Below, in pieces: positions 47,025-61,461 of a stretch of 64,000 bases of DNA. Each line of letters opens with the position of its first letter. Position 1 is the first letter of the stretch. The translations under genes were made by a program, and so were the position numbers. This stretch comes from the human T2T-CHM13v2.0 reference genome, Homo sapiens: assembly GCF_009914755.1 (NCBI RefSeq), contig NC_060940.1. One strand, 5' to 3'. The notes beneath the pieces are model-generated. The model was not told the origin of the DNA, ran no database searches, and worked only from the letters and a program-made list of their open reading frames with translations.

Positions 47025-47712
47025 CAAGCGGCTGTAACAAAATATAATAGATTAAGTGGCTTAAAAAAAGGAAATTTCTTTTCTTTTTTTTTTTTAGACG
47101 GAGTCTTGCTCTGTCCCCCAGGCTGGAGTGCAGTGGCACTATCTTGGCTCACTGCAACCTCCGTGTCCTGGGTTAAAGTGATTCTCTGGCCTTAGGCTCC
47201 AGAGTAGCTGGGACCTCAGACGCGTGCCACCATGCCCAGCTAATTTTTTGTATTTTTAGTAGAGACTGGGTTTCACCGTGTTAGCCAGGATGTTCTTGAT
47301 CTCCTGACCTCATGATCCGCCCACGTCGGCCTCCCAAACTGCTAGGATTACGGGCATGAGCCACTGCGCCCAGCCTAGGAAATTTATTTTCTCACAGTTC
47401 TGAAAACCGGAAGTCCAAGATCAGGTGTCCAGCATGGTCCAGTTCTGGCACAGGCTCTCTTTTTGTCTTGCAGATGGCAACCTTCTTACTGTGTCTTCAC
47501 ATGGAGAGGGAGAAAGAGAGGGAGTGGAATAGAGATCATTTCTTCTTCTCCAGCTACAGTCCTATCTAATTAGGATTCTATATGTATGACCTCATTTAAC
47601 CTTAATCACCTCTTAAAGACCCTGTTGTCCGATACAGTCACATTGGAGGTTAGGGCTTCAGCATTTTGAATTTGGAGACAGGGGGAGGGTGGCACAATTC
47701 AGTCCATAACAA
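47025..47712 (-). mobile_element. MLT1A/B-like LTR interrupted by an Alu
   Basis: GCTGTAACAAAATA...TCTCACAGTTCTG...CACAATTCAGTCCATAACA. Confidence 0.85.
47078..47375 (-). mobile_element. AluS (Sc-like) SINE
   Basis: Full dimer; TSD AGGAAATTT. Confidence 0.95.
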
Positions 47713-48107
47713 GAAATAAACAGCCACTAAATATAAACATAAGCTTGGCTCTTCTCTTTATTATTTCCTTACTTCCTGACTCTTGCTCTTTTTTTAACTT
47801 CTCGAGTTGAACATGTAGCTCATTTGTTTTAAAATTTTGTTTCGGGGGGATAAGTATATTTGAATCTATAATCTTTCTTATGAGTATTGCTCAATTCTAT
47901 CCACCAGATTTTGTCCTGTTGTGCTTTCTGCTCTAAGCAATTTCTATTTCCTATGTAAACACAAGGTCTTTTCAATGCAAGGTCTTTTCAGTGCAAGGTC
48001 TTATATGTTCATGGCTACTATTATTCTGTTTTAAATCTTTTTACAAGTATACAATGTTGTCCTTTGGGCTTTGTCTGGAGGCTTACCTCCAAATCTTTAT
48101 AGATACA

Positions 48108-48254
48108 CTTTTATTTGTTTGTTTGTTTGTTTTTTGTAGAGATGGGGTTTCACTATGTTGCCCAGGCTGCTCTTGAACTACTGAGCTCAAGGGATCTTCT
48201 TGCCTCGGCCTCTTTAAGTGCTGGGATTGCTGGTGTCAGCCACCATGCCTAGCT
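48108..48254 (-). mobile_element. FLAM/Alu left monomer with (TTTG)n tail
   Basis: Single monomer; TSD TTATAGATA(C/T)ACTTTT. Confidence 0.88.
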
Positions 48255-48631
48255 TATAGATATACTTTTTAATCAACAGATGAAAGATGAACTGAGGAAA
48301 TAGAGTTGCTACATACGAGACAAGAATTCTGCTTATATTTCTGGAAAACTTTTCTTTTTTACCTGATGGGCTTTTAATCTTTCATTTATCTACTTTTGTG
48401 AAGGGGAATTCTAATATTGGAGGAGTGAAGCCATTGTGGCCAACAGCAAGGAAAATTAATAGCATGTGTGCTTTAATCAGTCGGATAGTCTAGGTTGTGC
48501 TGTGGTAATAACCAAGCCGTAAGTCTCAGGAGCTGAAAACAGCACAGATCTATTTCTTGATCATGTACCTGTCATGAGGGGCTGGATCTGTATTATCCTT
48601 AATCAACGTGCGGGATTGAGTAGATGGGTGC

Positions 48632-49039
48632 TGAAATAGTTTGCATGTGTGTCTCTGCCCAAATCTCATGTTGAATTGCAATTCCCAGTGTTGGAGGTGG
48701 GGCCTGGTGGGAGGTAAATGGATCTTGGGGGCAGATTTCTCATGAATAGTTTACCACTACCCCCTTGGTAATATTCTAGTGACAGTGAGTGAGTTCTCTG
48801 AGGTTTACATCACCTCCTGCCTCGCTCTCTTGCTCCTGCTCTGGCCATGCGATGTGACTGTGGCCCCTTCACCTTCCGCCATGATTGTAACTTTCCTGAG
48901 GCCTCCCAGAAGCCAAGCAGATGGCAACATAATGGTTCCTATACAGCCTGCAGAACCATGAGCCAATCAAACCTCTTTTCTTTACAAATTACCCAGTCTC
49001 AGGTATTTATTTATAGCAGTAAGAGAAAGGCCTAATACA
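48632..49039 (+). mobile_element. MSTB-like LTR nested in an older MLT1 LTR (~48470-49290)
   Basis: CCCAAATCTCATGTTGAATTG...CCTAATACA. Confidence 0.88.
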
Positions 49040-49619
49040 GAAGCTAAGACCCTGTATTCAACCCTTTTCTTCTGCAATTGCTCGGGAGGGAAAACAGACC
49101 CTGGCAAATCTCCTCCTGCCTCTCAAGGCTTCTGCCTGGAAGGGACAAACCTCACTTCCGTTCATATTTCAGTAGCCAGAGCAGCACATAGTCACACCTA
49201 ACTTTAAGGGGTCAGGGAAGTATATCCCTACCAGATGTCCACAACGAGACTGGACAATATTTGACGAATGTCAGTAATGACCACCACACACTGTACTGTC
49301 CTTTCCAAAGCCAATTTTGCTGTTTGTTTGTTGATTTTTAAAAATTCCCTTTAGTTATTTGAGTTACTATGAATCCTTCCAGTGATTTTATTTTATAGAA
49401 AATAAGCAAACAAAAAACCCTAAAACTTTACCAATATTCCAGAAGGCATTAGACTTGACATTATAAATGTTACAAACAGAACATCTTAGGACAGTGAACT
49501 TTAGCTGATACACTGGGATAGTTTTGAAGAAAGAGTACACACATATTTTTCAAGAATAAAGTTTTAATAGGAAAAGGAAGCAGAGCATGGCATAGGCCAA
49601 TATTTAGATTTGAATAATT

Positions 49620-49800
49620 ATTGGTAGGCACCCCATGTCGGGCAGGGAGCCAGGGATTTTTGCATATTCTAGCTAATTCAATTTAATTCTTTATAAAAAC
49701 AATTTGAGGTGAGTCTTATCCATAATTTATACATGCAGAAACTGAGGCTGAGGGAGGTAAAATGACCTTTCCAAAAGCCACTTGGCTAGCAAATGACAGC
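49620..49800 (-). mobile_element. MIR SINE
   Basis: GCAGAAACTGAGGCTGAGGGAGGTAAAATGACCTTTCCAA core. Confidence 0.75.
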
Positions 49801-50174
49801 TTTGCTCAAATGCTATCATCTGATACTACGGAGACAGAAGAGAAGGACGCAGTGTGTATGTTTGGACAGCATGCACTGTTTGGTTTGGCAGGACTGCGAG
49901 ATACACCAAAGGTAGGGGGAATCTTGAGTACCAAGGTAAAGAGGTTGGAGTTTATTAGTTAGGTAGTGAGATAATGGTTTTTTGAGTCGGGGGGACATTG
50001 GTAGAGCTAAAAAAACATTGCCTCAGAAACATTGATCTGCTATTGTTTTCTAGGATGAAGGGAAATGAGGCAGAGTGAGGCCAGGAGACCAGTTAGAGGA
50101 ATTCTGTGGGTGTTGGCAGGGGAGACAGAAAACTATCTTCCATCGAGTCTTCGGATCCATTGGGAATGCCTGGA

Positions 50175-50182
50175 TGACGTCA
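50175..50182. promoter_or_regulatory. Palindromic CRE (CREB/ATF) site
   Basis: Perfect TGACGTCA in unique sequence ~2.3 kb upstream of the inferred start region. Confidence 0.45.
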
Positions 50183-52685
50183 GAGTTCGCCCTGTGTAGG
50201 TAGCTCCCACTTTTCATTGTAGGTTTCTCAAGGACTTGCTCCTAGAAAAAGCGTGGCTCAAAAGTAGATAAAAAATAGGCAACTGCCTAAGTGTGAAATT
50301 TACAAAGTTCCTCTCCAAAAAAGCCCGCCTCCTCCCTATCACTTGTGGGCCTGACATTTTACCAAAGGGGCTCTATTCTTTCAAGAGTTTGTTATTAAAG
50401 CGTGACTATTTGAGGATTGGAGGCAAAAGGGATACTGAGAAATGTCCTTACTAGCAGTGTCAAGGCAAGTGACATAAATGTGTGGGGGGGCAACTTGTAT
50501 GAGCACTGTGAAAACGGCAGCATGTTCACTCTACTTCTCAGCTCTGACTGAGGGGCTCAAAGTTCAGGATCTGCTGATTTTTCAACAGTAACGTCCTCTC
50601 CAAGGTGTTTTTTTTTTTTCCTTTTTTGGGAAAGCCCCCAGTTTAAACTATTGCAGCCAGTTTACATTTCTTAATGTCACTGTGCTGGCCACATTCAGAG
50701 CTCCATTTGCCACCATCGGTTTTGATACCTTTTTACCAAAACCTTTCGAAATTTGAGAGCCCATCTTTAGTAAAACTGGGCATGGAGCAGATTCGTTTGG
50801 ATTGCTGAGAGGGGAGATAGAAAAGTTTGGGTGCTAGGCAGGAACTGCAAGGAGGACCTGGGCCATATGCCAGACATCTAGTGCCTGGGCCTTGAAAGGG
50901 AGACTGGTCGCTGACAAGGCAATATCTGTTGCAACCCAGGCTTCCTAGATGACCACCTTGGATCATGGCTCGGAGCACAGGGAGGGCTGGGCAGTGCTTG
51001 TGTTTCTCTCCGTTCCAGTTGGCCCCTTCCCATTGACATTACAGTAATGCAGTTGTGTGCTGTTTGAAAAAGCATCCCTAGTTACACAGAATGATTTACA
51101 GGACACCAGACTCTGCATTTCAGAGGTCTCCAGTGTACCATAAAAAATATATTATAAAAGAATAATCTTTATCTGAACTAAAGCTGCAGTGAAGGAAACT
51201 CGTGTCCAGCTGAGAGCAGCAGTGAGCTTTTGTTCACTCAGGGAAAAGTCCGTGTTCTTTATCTTATTTGATTAACATTTTTTTTCTCTTTGGCACTAGG
51301 TATCTCGTTAATATTTAGACATTATATACATTTTCTTTCAACTGGTTTTCCTATTACGTGATCAAACAAAACCAGAGATGCCAGCCACAGCAGCCAACAA
51401 GGGAAAAGCAGCCCCGTCAGGCACCCAGCTGTGGCTGGGGGGCAAATGGTACTCACTAGAGCCACCCCCAGGAGGCACCTGGCAGAGCTCTGTGCAGAGC
51501 CAGCCCCGGTTGCAGAAAGCTGAGTTTGTTGGAGTGCCTCAGTTGATCACTCTGTCTCTTTCTCCCATTTCCCTCACTTCCCTGAGCAAAATGCAACAGG
51601 AAGCAAAGTCTAGTTGTGAATCTTCCAAAGCCTTCTGATGTTTACCATGTTCCCCCAGGAGAGGGAGGTGAGGGGTGGAGATCTCTCTGCAAAGAAAATA
51701 CACTTAAAAAATTTCAGCGAGCCGATGCACAGACACCCAGCAACCCAGCTTGTCTCCGCTTATTAGGTGTTCAGAGCGACAGTGGTCCCACACTATTTCA
51801 GTCCAGGAAACCATGAACTCCGTTAGTGGCAATGCCCCCGAAGAGGCGCAGGTGTGTGCACCTGTGATTAAGGGTGTCGAGGAGGGGCAGCCTCATCTCT
51901 TGAAGCAGAAAGTGTTGTCACCTGGTGATGGGACAGAGGGAAAAGCTCTGGGGCTGGGAAACCTGGGGGCTTGTGTCAAAGCTCCACCCATCAGGAGCTT
52001 CAAGAGAAGATGGGGGGCGGGGGGCGGTGGCTGGAAAGATGGAAGTTGGGATGGGAAAGCGGTTGTAGAAAAGGATTCACTCCTGGACCGAAGGCAGGAG
52101 GATATCCCGGGCGAGAGAAGGGAGGGTCGGGGATGGGCTGAGTTGGAGTCCCAGAGGAAAAGCGGAAGCGAGAGCTTCGTCACCCGCTGTCTTCCAGCTC
52201 CCGGTGCGCGGCACCGGAGGCAGGCGTTGGGCTTTACCTCTCTAAAAGTACTGGGGCAAAGGAATGGAGAACACGGCGTCCCGAGCTCCCAAGGGAGGGG
52301 AGTAAACGAGGTGGGGTGGGGAACACCCCAAGTGCGTGCGTGCTGGGGGGCTGGGGGGCACGATCTCCGTTCTCCCGGGTGCCCCAGCCCTAGCGCACGC
52401 CTCCGCTCCCCCGCCCCCTTCGCAGGCGCGCGCGAGGCGCACCCCCCTTCCCTCGGCGGCGCCGGGCGCGCGCCCGGCCCCCTCCTCCTCCCCTCCGCGC
52501 CTCTCCTCTCTCCCGGCAGAAAGTTAGCAGCGGGGAAGGAACTCTGGGCTGCAACAGCGCGCGGCGGCGGCGGCAGAGGCTGAAGCAGAAGCCGCGGCGG
52601 AGCCGGGGAAGCGGGGGCGCTGCAGACGGAGCAGGTGCCGCCGGCGGGTCCGCGCGCCCCCCTCGGTCCCCTTGCCTGAGGCTGA

Positions 52686-53678
<993 letters not shown>

Positions 53679-56600
53679 TAGGACCCTGGGCTCCGCGGGC
53701 TGGTGGAGACGCGTGGGGGAGACGCGGAGGGGAAGCCGCGGCTTTCCACGCCCTTCGAGCATCCAGGCACCGTCCCGAGAGGCCCAAGCCCCCGCGAGGG
53801 CTCTGCAAACCCTGGCGGCGTTGCTCAGGGGGATCGGCTGAGAGGGCTGGACTCCAGCGAAAGGTCACTTTATTTCAGGGCGAGGGGAGGAGGTGTCACC
53901 CTGCCCTGCCTCCCGCGCTCCTCATCCAAGGAGGTGCTGTCTGAATCTGCCCAGCTCCAAGCCTGGGAACCCCCAGCCCTCCTGCCTGCTGGGTGTTTCC
54001 GAAACCAGGCTCTTGCGGGGTTCTGGGATTCTGGGCAGAGGACTTTGAGGAGTGAGACAGGATGGCTAAATTGACTAAGGGGATTTGAGGTCCCCTGGAA
54101 TCTCTTAAAATCACCCTCAAACGCATTTGCGTGGCTGGAATTCAACTTTAGTGTGTTAAGGTCAGAGCAAAATCAATAGGGAACAGTTACAAAGATCATG
54201 CTGGCGTTTTGGCTTTCTAGTAAAGAAAGGATGCCTCCCACCTCCGTAACTTTCCATCCCCCTTGGCTGAATGAGCACGGAGTTGATTTTGCACCAGAAG
54301 CCTCAATGTCTGCATGACAGTTGGTGCCCTGAGAGTTTTTATGCCTCAGACCGTGCCCTGTCTAATCTCCGCCTCCTTCGCAACAGATTGGAGCTTCTGT
54401 CTTGTGAGATGTTCATCTCCCTCCTTTCCCACCGTCTGCCGGTGGTGAGAGAAAGGTAGGAGAGAGGACTAGAAAGTTAAGTGCAGGTAAAATAAATTAA
54501 TAATCCAGCTTTCCTGCCAGCCATAACATTTTAAACGGCACTGGTGCAGATGCCCCAAACGCAAACCTCCTTCGCCTTTGTTGTTTCTCTTTCTCTCTTT
54601 CCTCCTGTTTTATATCTTTCTGGGAAACAGATCTGCATGGCTGGCTGCATCTCCATTGCATTTCGGTAATTAATTGCAAATGTCAAACAGAAACACAGCC
54701 CTTGTCAGCTGAAGTGATGTTATCATCTTAGCAGAGCCAATAGGTAAAATCAAGATTGTTTCTCTGACAGGTTGCCTGCCCGTTGAGGAGATGTGCTTTC
54801 TAGGTTTAAATTACAGCCTGGGAAAGTTTTAGAAATAACTTAACTGAAGAAATATATAATAAATGTGTGCATTATGATTGATTTCTTCCACTTTTAAAAA
54901 TATGCCTTATGCTTTAAAAGCTTGAGAGAAGTACACTTAGTCATAAACATTCCAGCACATTACAGGGAAGCAGCAAATGTGTCTGTTAACGTCTTGTCTG
55001 TTTCAACAGAGAGAACTAATTGCAGTATTTTAGGAGGCTTCAAACAGCCCCTTCCTATCAAAACATAAAACAGCAAATGCCTAATTTAACTGGAAAATCA
55101 GTATTTATAACATCAGAAGCCATGGCTTCCAGTTTGTGATTATAATTAAAAAGGTGTTAGGATGATTAATGCAGCAACAGCAAAATAAAGAAGGGGCACG
55201 ATGTCTGGGAAGGTTTTAGTTGTTTAATTGCTGGTTGTAGGAATGTTCTGGTTTCTTCTGTGGAGTAGCTTTGGCCTTATGAGGGTAATTGCGTTTTTTT
55301 TTTTTCCAATTCTAATTTTAGAATTATGAGAATTGTCAAATGCCCCTTCAGGGAGGCAGAAAGATCAAATCTTTCCAAGATCTGAGGTGTTTGGCTTTGT
55401 GGCAGCTGGAAACAGAGGGCCGGGGGTGTTTTATTTGGGTGACTTAAAGTTAATGAAGGATGTGTGGTGGAATGTGTATCAGGAAGTCTTATCACTGGGT
55501 CTGGAGAGTTTTCCGAATGAAAGAATAGAAGATGCCAGATTTTCCTAGATTCCTTTATGCTGATGTTAGGAAGAGAAGGTATAGAAACTACCTTGTTTGA
55601 CGTGGCTCCTGATTATGTTATTCCAGCGCTGTGGTATGCCCAGCCTTCTACTCCCAACCAATGCTTGTGGTATTTGGGACTCAGTGTCATATTTGGTAGC
55701 CACTCACAGAACTGTTAAAGTGAAGAGGTGTGGATAGAACAAGATTCCCCTGGTCCTCACTTAAGGGGACCATGTGGTATCTCTGTGTCCTTCATCCCCA
55801 CCCCAGCATCTAGTCCAGGGGTGCTGATTGAAAGCACTGGACACAAAATTCTCTTAGGAACAAGCTTCCTGCCAATACATGTCTGTCTAACATAGAGGAG
55901 ATCATTAGCCCCCAGCTCTGCTTTTGGGAAGACCCGTTGGACCCACAGGATCTGAGTGTGCTGGGACTGCTTTGGACCACTCTCCAGCCTTACCACAGAC
56001 AGCGGTGCTTTGAGGCATTTGTGAAATTTTCATCAGTTCCATCTATCTCTTCAGACTCCTCTCTCACTCCCGTATAGGAAGAGGGGCAGCATTCTCACTG
56101 TATTGTAGAAAAGGAAACAGTGGCATTGATTTGGTATCAGATGGCACTGATCAGTGGCATCGATTCCAGTATCAGAAACTCTTTCTCCTGGTTTCCTAGT
56201 CCAACTCTTCATCTTTTAAATGATGGTATCTGTACCTAAACAGTATAGTTCCTTCCTATAACAGGTATGCTATCTGGGATCTATTTGACTGGTTAGAGAT
56301 CCACAGGTTAATTAAAGGTTTTAATTTTTCCACTGTTTATTTATTGTTATTTTGTTTAAATGTGCTTCCAGTAGCCTATGAATTCTGCACATGTTTCTGG
56401 TTTTTGTGTTTTCAGCAAGAGGGAGAGCCAAGAAGAAATTGGGGCTGCTCTCTGCACAGCTGGCTTGGGGTTTTCTCATATTCAACTCAAGAGCCCTAGC
56501 AGGTTCAGTTCCTCAGTGTCACTCCAGTTATCTCTAAATCCGGGTTTTGCTTTCCTCCTATGCTGTTGATCTAATGTGATATAAAAATACATCTGAGATT

Positions 56601-57019
56601 AGAACGTGTGCATCAGATTTTCAGGGCAAGATAGACTAATGGATTGGGATGCATGTGTTAAAATCTACAGAGAAGCGAGCCTCACTTGGTGGATTGACAC
56701 AGGCCAGTGATTAATAAATTTGGTGAGATTAAACCCTCCATGCCCTCTTCCCTCTCCCTTTCCAAAAAAAGGCAAAGCCACAGTGCACTTTTCAGAATGA
56801 GCTGATTACAAGCTGTCTAGGCAGAGACTTTAAACTCTTCTAAGGGATGGGACCTCGGGCCAGGCCAACTGGCTGCCAATGCAGAACTCATCAAGGTGAC
56901 AGAGACAACATGAGCTGTTTGCTCTCTCATGGTTTGCAGAGCATACGGTAACCATGACCACTTTACACTGGAAACCATTCAGCCCCAGGGCAATGGGAAG
57001 TGATTGTCCATGGTTTGTT

Positions 57020-57195
<176 letters not shown>

Positions 57196-57846
57196 TGAAT
57201 ACACACATTCCATTGGCTAGGGGAAAGTAACTCAGGAAAATGCTCTACAAAGTCACGCTTATGCTACCCAGAGGAAAATGGTCAGTGCTCAGCAGCATAT
57301 TTTGCATGTGGCAACTGGGGAGAGAATGGAGAAGGATGGAATTTCATTGGTGTTTACCGAATGCCTGCCATTGTGGCAATTGGTGCTACCTACAATTATA
57401 GACCTGTTATTTCATTTGAGCATTTTGATGATATGCTGAGATATGTAGCAGCATTTCCACTTTACACGTGGCTCCGAGAGGGTAAATGATTAACTCAGGG
57501 TCACTTGGCTGTTCAGTGCCTCTGCTGAGATTTGAACCTGCTGTCTAATTTCAAAGGGCTGATTTCTTCCCTTGTACCACACTGCCACACATAAAGTACT
57601 AGGAAGCATATACCCTGTGTTCATTCATTCATTCATTCAATTATTTAAAAAATATCTACCATATGCCGTGCACTGTATTAGGTACTGGGGATAAAATGGT
57701 GAATAAGATAGATGAAGCACCTGTTCTCCTGGAACTAACATTTTAGTGGGAGGGTTGTGGAGACAGCAGACAAAGAGCCAAATAATATGTAATACAAATT
57801 CTGGTGGTGATAAAGACTACAAAGAAAAATAAAGTAATGGATGGCC

Positions 57847-58090
57847 CAGAGCTGTTTTGTCTAGTATGGTAGCTACTGTCTGTATGTGGCTATTGAATAG
57901 GTAAAATGTCCAAATTGAAATGTGCTGTAAGTGTAAGATACACAGAATACTAAATTACTCAATAATAATTTTAGATTGCTTACATGTTGAAATTATACTC
58001 ATATCAAGTAAAACGTCTTGCAATTAAGTCCACCTCTTTTTACCTTTTCAATGTGGCTACTAGAAAATTTAAAAGTACACTTGTGACTCA
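57847..58090. mobile_element. hAT MITE (MER3/MER33-like)
   Basis: ATGTGGCTATTGAA...GATTGCTTACATGTTGAAAT...AATGTGGCTACTAGAAAATTTAAA. Confidence 0.75.
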
Positions 58091-58119
58091 CATATTTCTA
58101 CTGGGCAGCACCTGTGTGG

Positions 58120-58570
58120 TGTAGTGCTTTGTAAACTTTAGGATCATCTAGGGATCTTGTTAACATGTAGATTTGGATTCAGCCAGTCTGAAGAGGAGCC
58201 TGGGAGTCCACATTTCGTCTTTCTTTTCTTTTTTTTTGAGACGGGGTCTCGCTCTGTTGCCAGGCTGGAGTGCAGTGGTGTGATCTCTGCTTCAAGCGAT
58301 TATCCTGTCTCAGCCTCCTGAGTAGCTGGGACTACAGGTGCGCACCACCACGTCCAGCAAATTTTTGTATCTTTAGTAGAGACGGGGTTTCACCATGTTG
58401 GCCAGGATGGTCTCGATCGCTTGACTTTGTGATCTGCCTGCCTCGGCCTCCCAAAGTGCTGGGATTAGAGGCATGAGCCACCGTGCCCGGCCCAGGAGTC
58501 CACATTTCTACAAGGTTGCTAGATGCTGCTGCTGCTGCTGCTGTCTGGCTCTCACTTTGAGTAGCAAAGT
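58120..58570. mobile_element. MER5A-like MITE split by an antisense AluS (58218-58492)
   Basis: Alu TSD GGAGTCCACATTTC on both sides; CACTTTGAGTAGC terminus. Confidence 0.8.
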
Positions 58571-58624
58571 CCTGGAAAGTAATTGGGGAATGTGTGTGTG
58601 CATGTTGGTTATTATTATTTGAAA

Positions 58625-58750
58625 AAATTTTTTTAAAGACAGGGGTCTCACTTTGTTGCCCAGGCTGGTCTCAAACTCCTGGCCTCAAGGAATCCGCCGT
58701 TCTCAGCCTCCCAAAGTGCTGGGATACGGGCATGTACCACGAGGCCAGGA
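58625..58750 (-). mobile_element. FLAM/Alu monomer
   Basis: Single diverged monomer. Confidence 0.8.
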
Positions 58751-59489
58751 CAACATATGAGTTATATTAAGTAGAATGATTAGGGAAAACCTCTCTTTGG
58801 AGGTGATGTAAATGGAGTAACAGAGTAAGACCCTCCCATGTGAAGATCTGGGTGGAGAGGTCTCCACTTGGAGGGAACAGCCAGTGTCAAAGCCCTGGGG
58901 TGGAAACAAGCTTCGTGGCCCTACAGAGTGTCCTTTCTTGATTCTAAAAGCACTGTTTTTGTTGCTGGACAAATCCAGGTTCAAAACGTGGCTTTAAGAC
59001 TTATGAATTGGATGATCTTGGTTGAATAACTTATTTGACATCGCTTAGCTTCAGTTGTTTATCTGAGGGTAATTGCTTCCTTTTAGATTGTTGGGAGGAA
59101 TAAATGAAATAATAAAAGTGAATGTATTTTCTAAACAAAATGAGTATCCTAGAGCAGAAATCCAAATAGAGTCTCAGCTACCGAGTCTGTCCATTTCTCA
59201 AATCAGTTTAGTCTCGTGTATGCTCTACTTCCTATCACAGCTGTCATAATATTGTCCAAAGAGGCTGTTATTTGGGATGGTTTGGGAAAACCCCAGTAAT
59301 GATTGGCTTTGCAGTGTGCATCTCCTTACCCTTTTAAACCGAAGGTCACACAACTTCAGGGCTCAGACAGGTCGTATAAATGAGCGAGGTAGACTAGGTG
59401 GAGAGAAGCTAAAGTGCCTGCCTGTGCTCTGGCTGAAGGGGAAGCCACTGCTGCAGTCTAGCTACTTTTTTCCCAATGTGCAAGTGTGG

Positions 59490-59682
59490 CATTGGGGTTA
59501 TGAGATCTTCCACTTTGTAAGAGAAACTGGAAATCCAGGTTTTGATTTGAAATCTTTTGATTTTTAATATTGGCAACAGATTTAAGTTTCTTAAAAGCCC
59601 AGTGGGGGCCAACATTGTGGGACAAACAAAATACATCTGTGGGCTGGATACAGCCAGCTGGCTACCAGTTTGTGACCTCTGG
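59490..59682. mobile_element. hAT-Charlie MITE remnant (MER103-like)
   Basis: AAGAGAAACTGGAAATCCAGGTTTT...CCAGTTTGTGACCTCTG. Confidence 0.6.
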
Positions 59683-61461
59683 TTTAAACTCATTTCAGAA
59701 AACAACGGACATGCCCATACCCTGTGTACCCTGTGCAGTGGCCAGAATCGTGGCTTACATGTGCTATTTTAGTGTAGGGTTTTTTCTTTTTCTTCCTTTA
59801 CAGATTTTGTAACAGCATGGGGGAAATACCTCCCGGATATATTGCAACATCCACAAAAGCCTGATATAAACAAGAACATTGAGGCAGAAAAAAGAAAATT
59901 CGCAAATACATTCCCCTCCGTTCTCAATTAACGTTCTCTTGAAACTGGGGAAATTCTCAATTTTTCACTCGTTAATCAGGAGTGCTTGTATTTGATCTAT
60001 ATCGATAACTTGCACTTATAAAATAGATTACGCTCAGTCGTATTAAGATCTTAGAGTTAGAAAAACTGGATTCCAGGCTTGGCTTTGCCACATACTAGTT
60101 TTATTGGACAACAGGTTACTTATATTAATCTCTGTTTCTTAGGTGATGAAGGTATTTTAACTCCATAGGGTCCATTCACCTACGAAAAGACTTTGGTTCC
60201 AGAACACATTTCTGTATTAGACTCTTCAGAAAGAGGAAGCTGTGGAATAGAAGCAACATGGTTTGGAGCATGTTTTGTATGTCTGAGCCAGAATCTATTG
60301 GACAAATTACTTAATATAGCTAAGCCTCAATTTCTCCATCTGCAGAATGAGCTCAATATTACCCGCTGCCAAAGGATTACGTGAGGATGACACGAAATGG
60401 CATTTAAAGTGCCCTATGTAGAGCTTGTGACAGAGTAAATGTCTCTCTCCTCTTCTTTCCTCTCTCTCCCATTTTTCTTTTCTCTCTTACTCTTCTCCTT
60501 CATTTTCCTTCAATGCCTTCCTTTATCCTGCCCATCAGTACTGACGGCCCTAAAGAGAAAGCTGTAATGTATTTTTCATTTAAATGTAGTCTTTTATTTC
60601 AAGATTAGGTCTGAATGAGGGATTTTAAACCCTGAAGCAGCTCTTAAGTAGCTCTCCAGAGAATAATCAGAACCGGATTCCAGAATTTGGTCTATTGTAA
60701 CTTGAGCTGAAGGAGGAAAAAAAGTATGATTTCATGAGGTAACTGCAGCCAGAATTCTCCACAAAAGAAATGCGGTAAGGAGGTGGACAGGCTCTGTGGA
60801 CTTCCATGCTGACATTCTCTTGAGCCTCCAGTAGGAATGGATGCCACTTGCCCCGGGTAAGTTCAGAGACATTTAGGATGCCAGGAGCCTGTTTGCCTTT
60901 CGTGCTTCTGCAGAACCGAAGGCATTTGGGAATGCAGGATTGCTCCCCAAGACCCTACGAAACCCTCTATTTTGAGATTTGGCTGCTTTCACCGGTGTTC
61001 TCTAGACATCCTAACATGATTTATTTATTTTTATTTTTTATTTTTGAAAATCATACCAGGCATTTTCACTTTTAAATCAAGTCAGGAGAGAGGCCTCGAG
61101 ACTTTAGATGAATGAAAGATTGCTAGGGTTGTTTGTCAGAAAGTTTTAAGGGTTTTGGTTTTGCATAATGGATGATCTCTCTGGAATGGATTGAACCACC
61201 GCCCCGTTCAAGTAATCTCCTGATTTCATTGGTTTTTGCGGTTTAACAAGCTCCTCTGTAACTGTCTTGGGAATTGCGTTCTGAAATTATAATTCACTAA
61301 GGGAGCTTTTCAGCCCATCTTGCCATTAATTAAAAGAAGGTGGTTGGCTTTTTTGTTGTTGCTGTTTGTACTCACTACTTAGGACTTACTTGCCTTAGAC
61401 ATTTTTTTTTCAACCTTATTTAAGAATATACAAGGAAACAAAGCAACACGTGAATTAGACA

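Noticed and set aside
51463-51480. CTCF-like CCCCCAGGAGGCAC
   Set aside because: Only a partial match to the core; it needs a PWM score or ChIP data.
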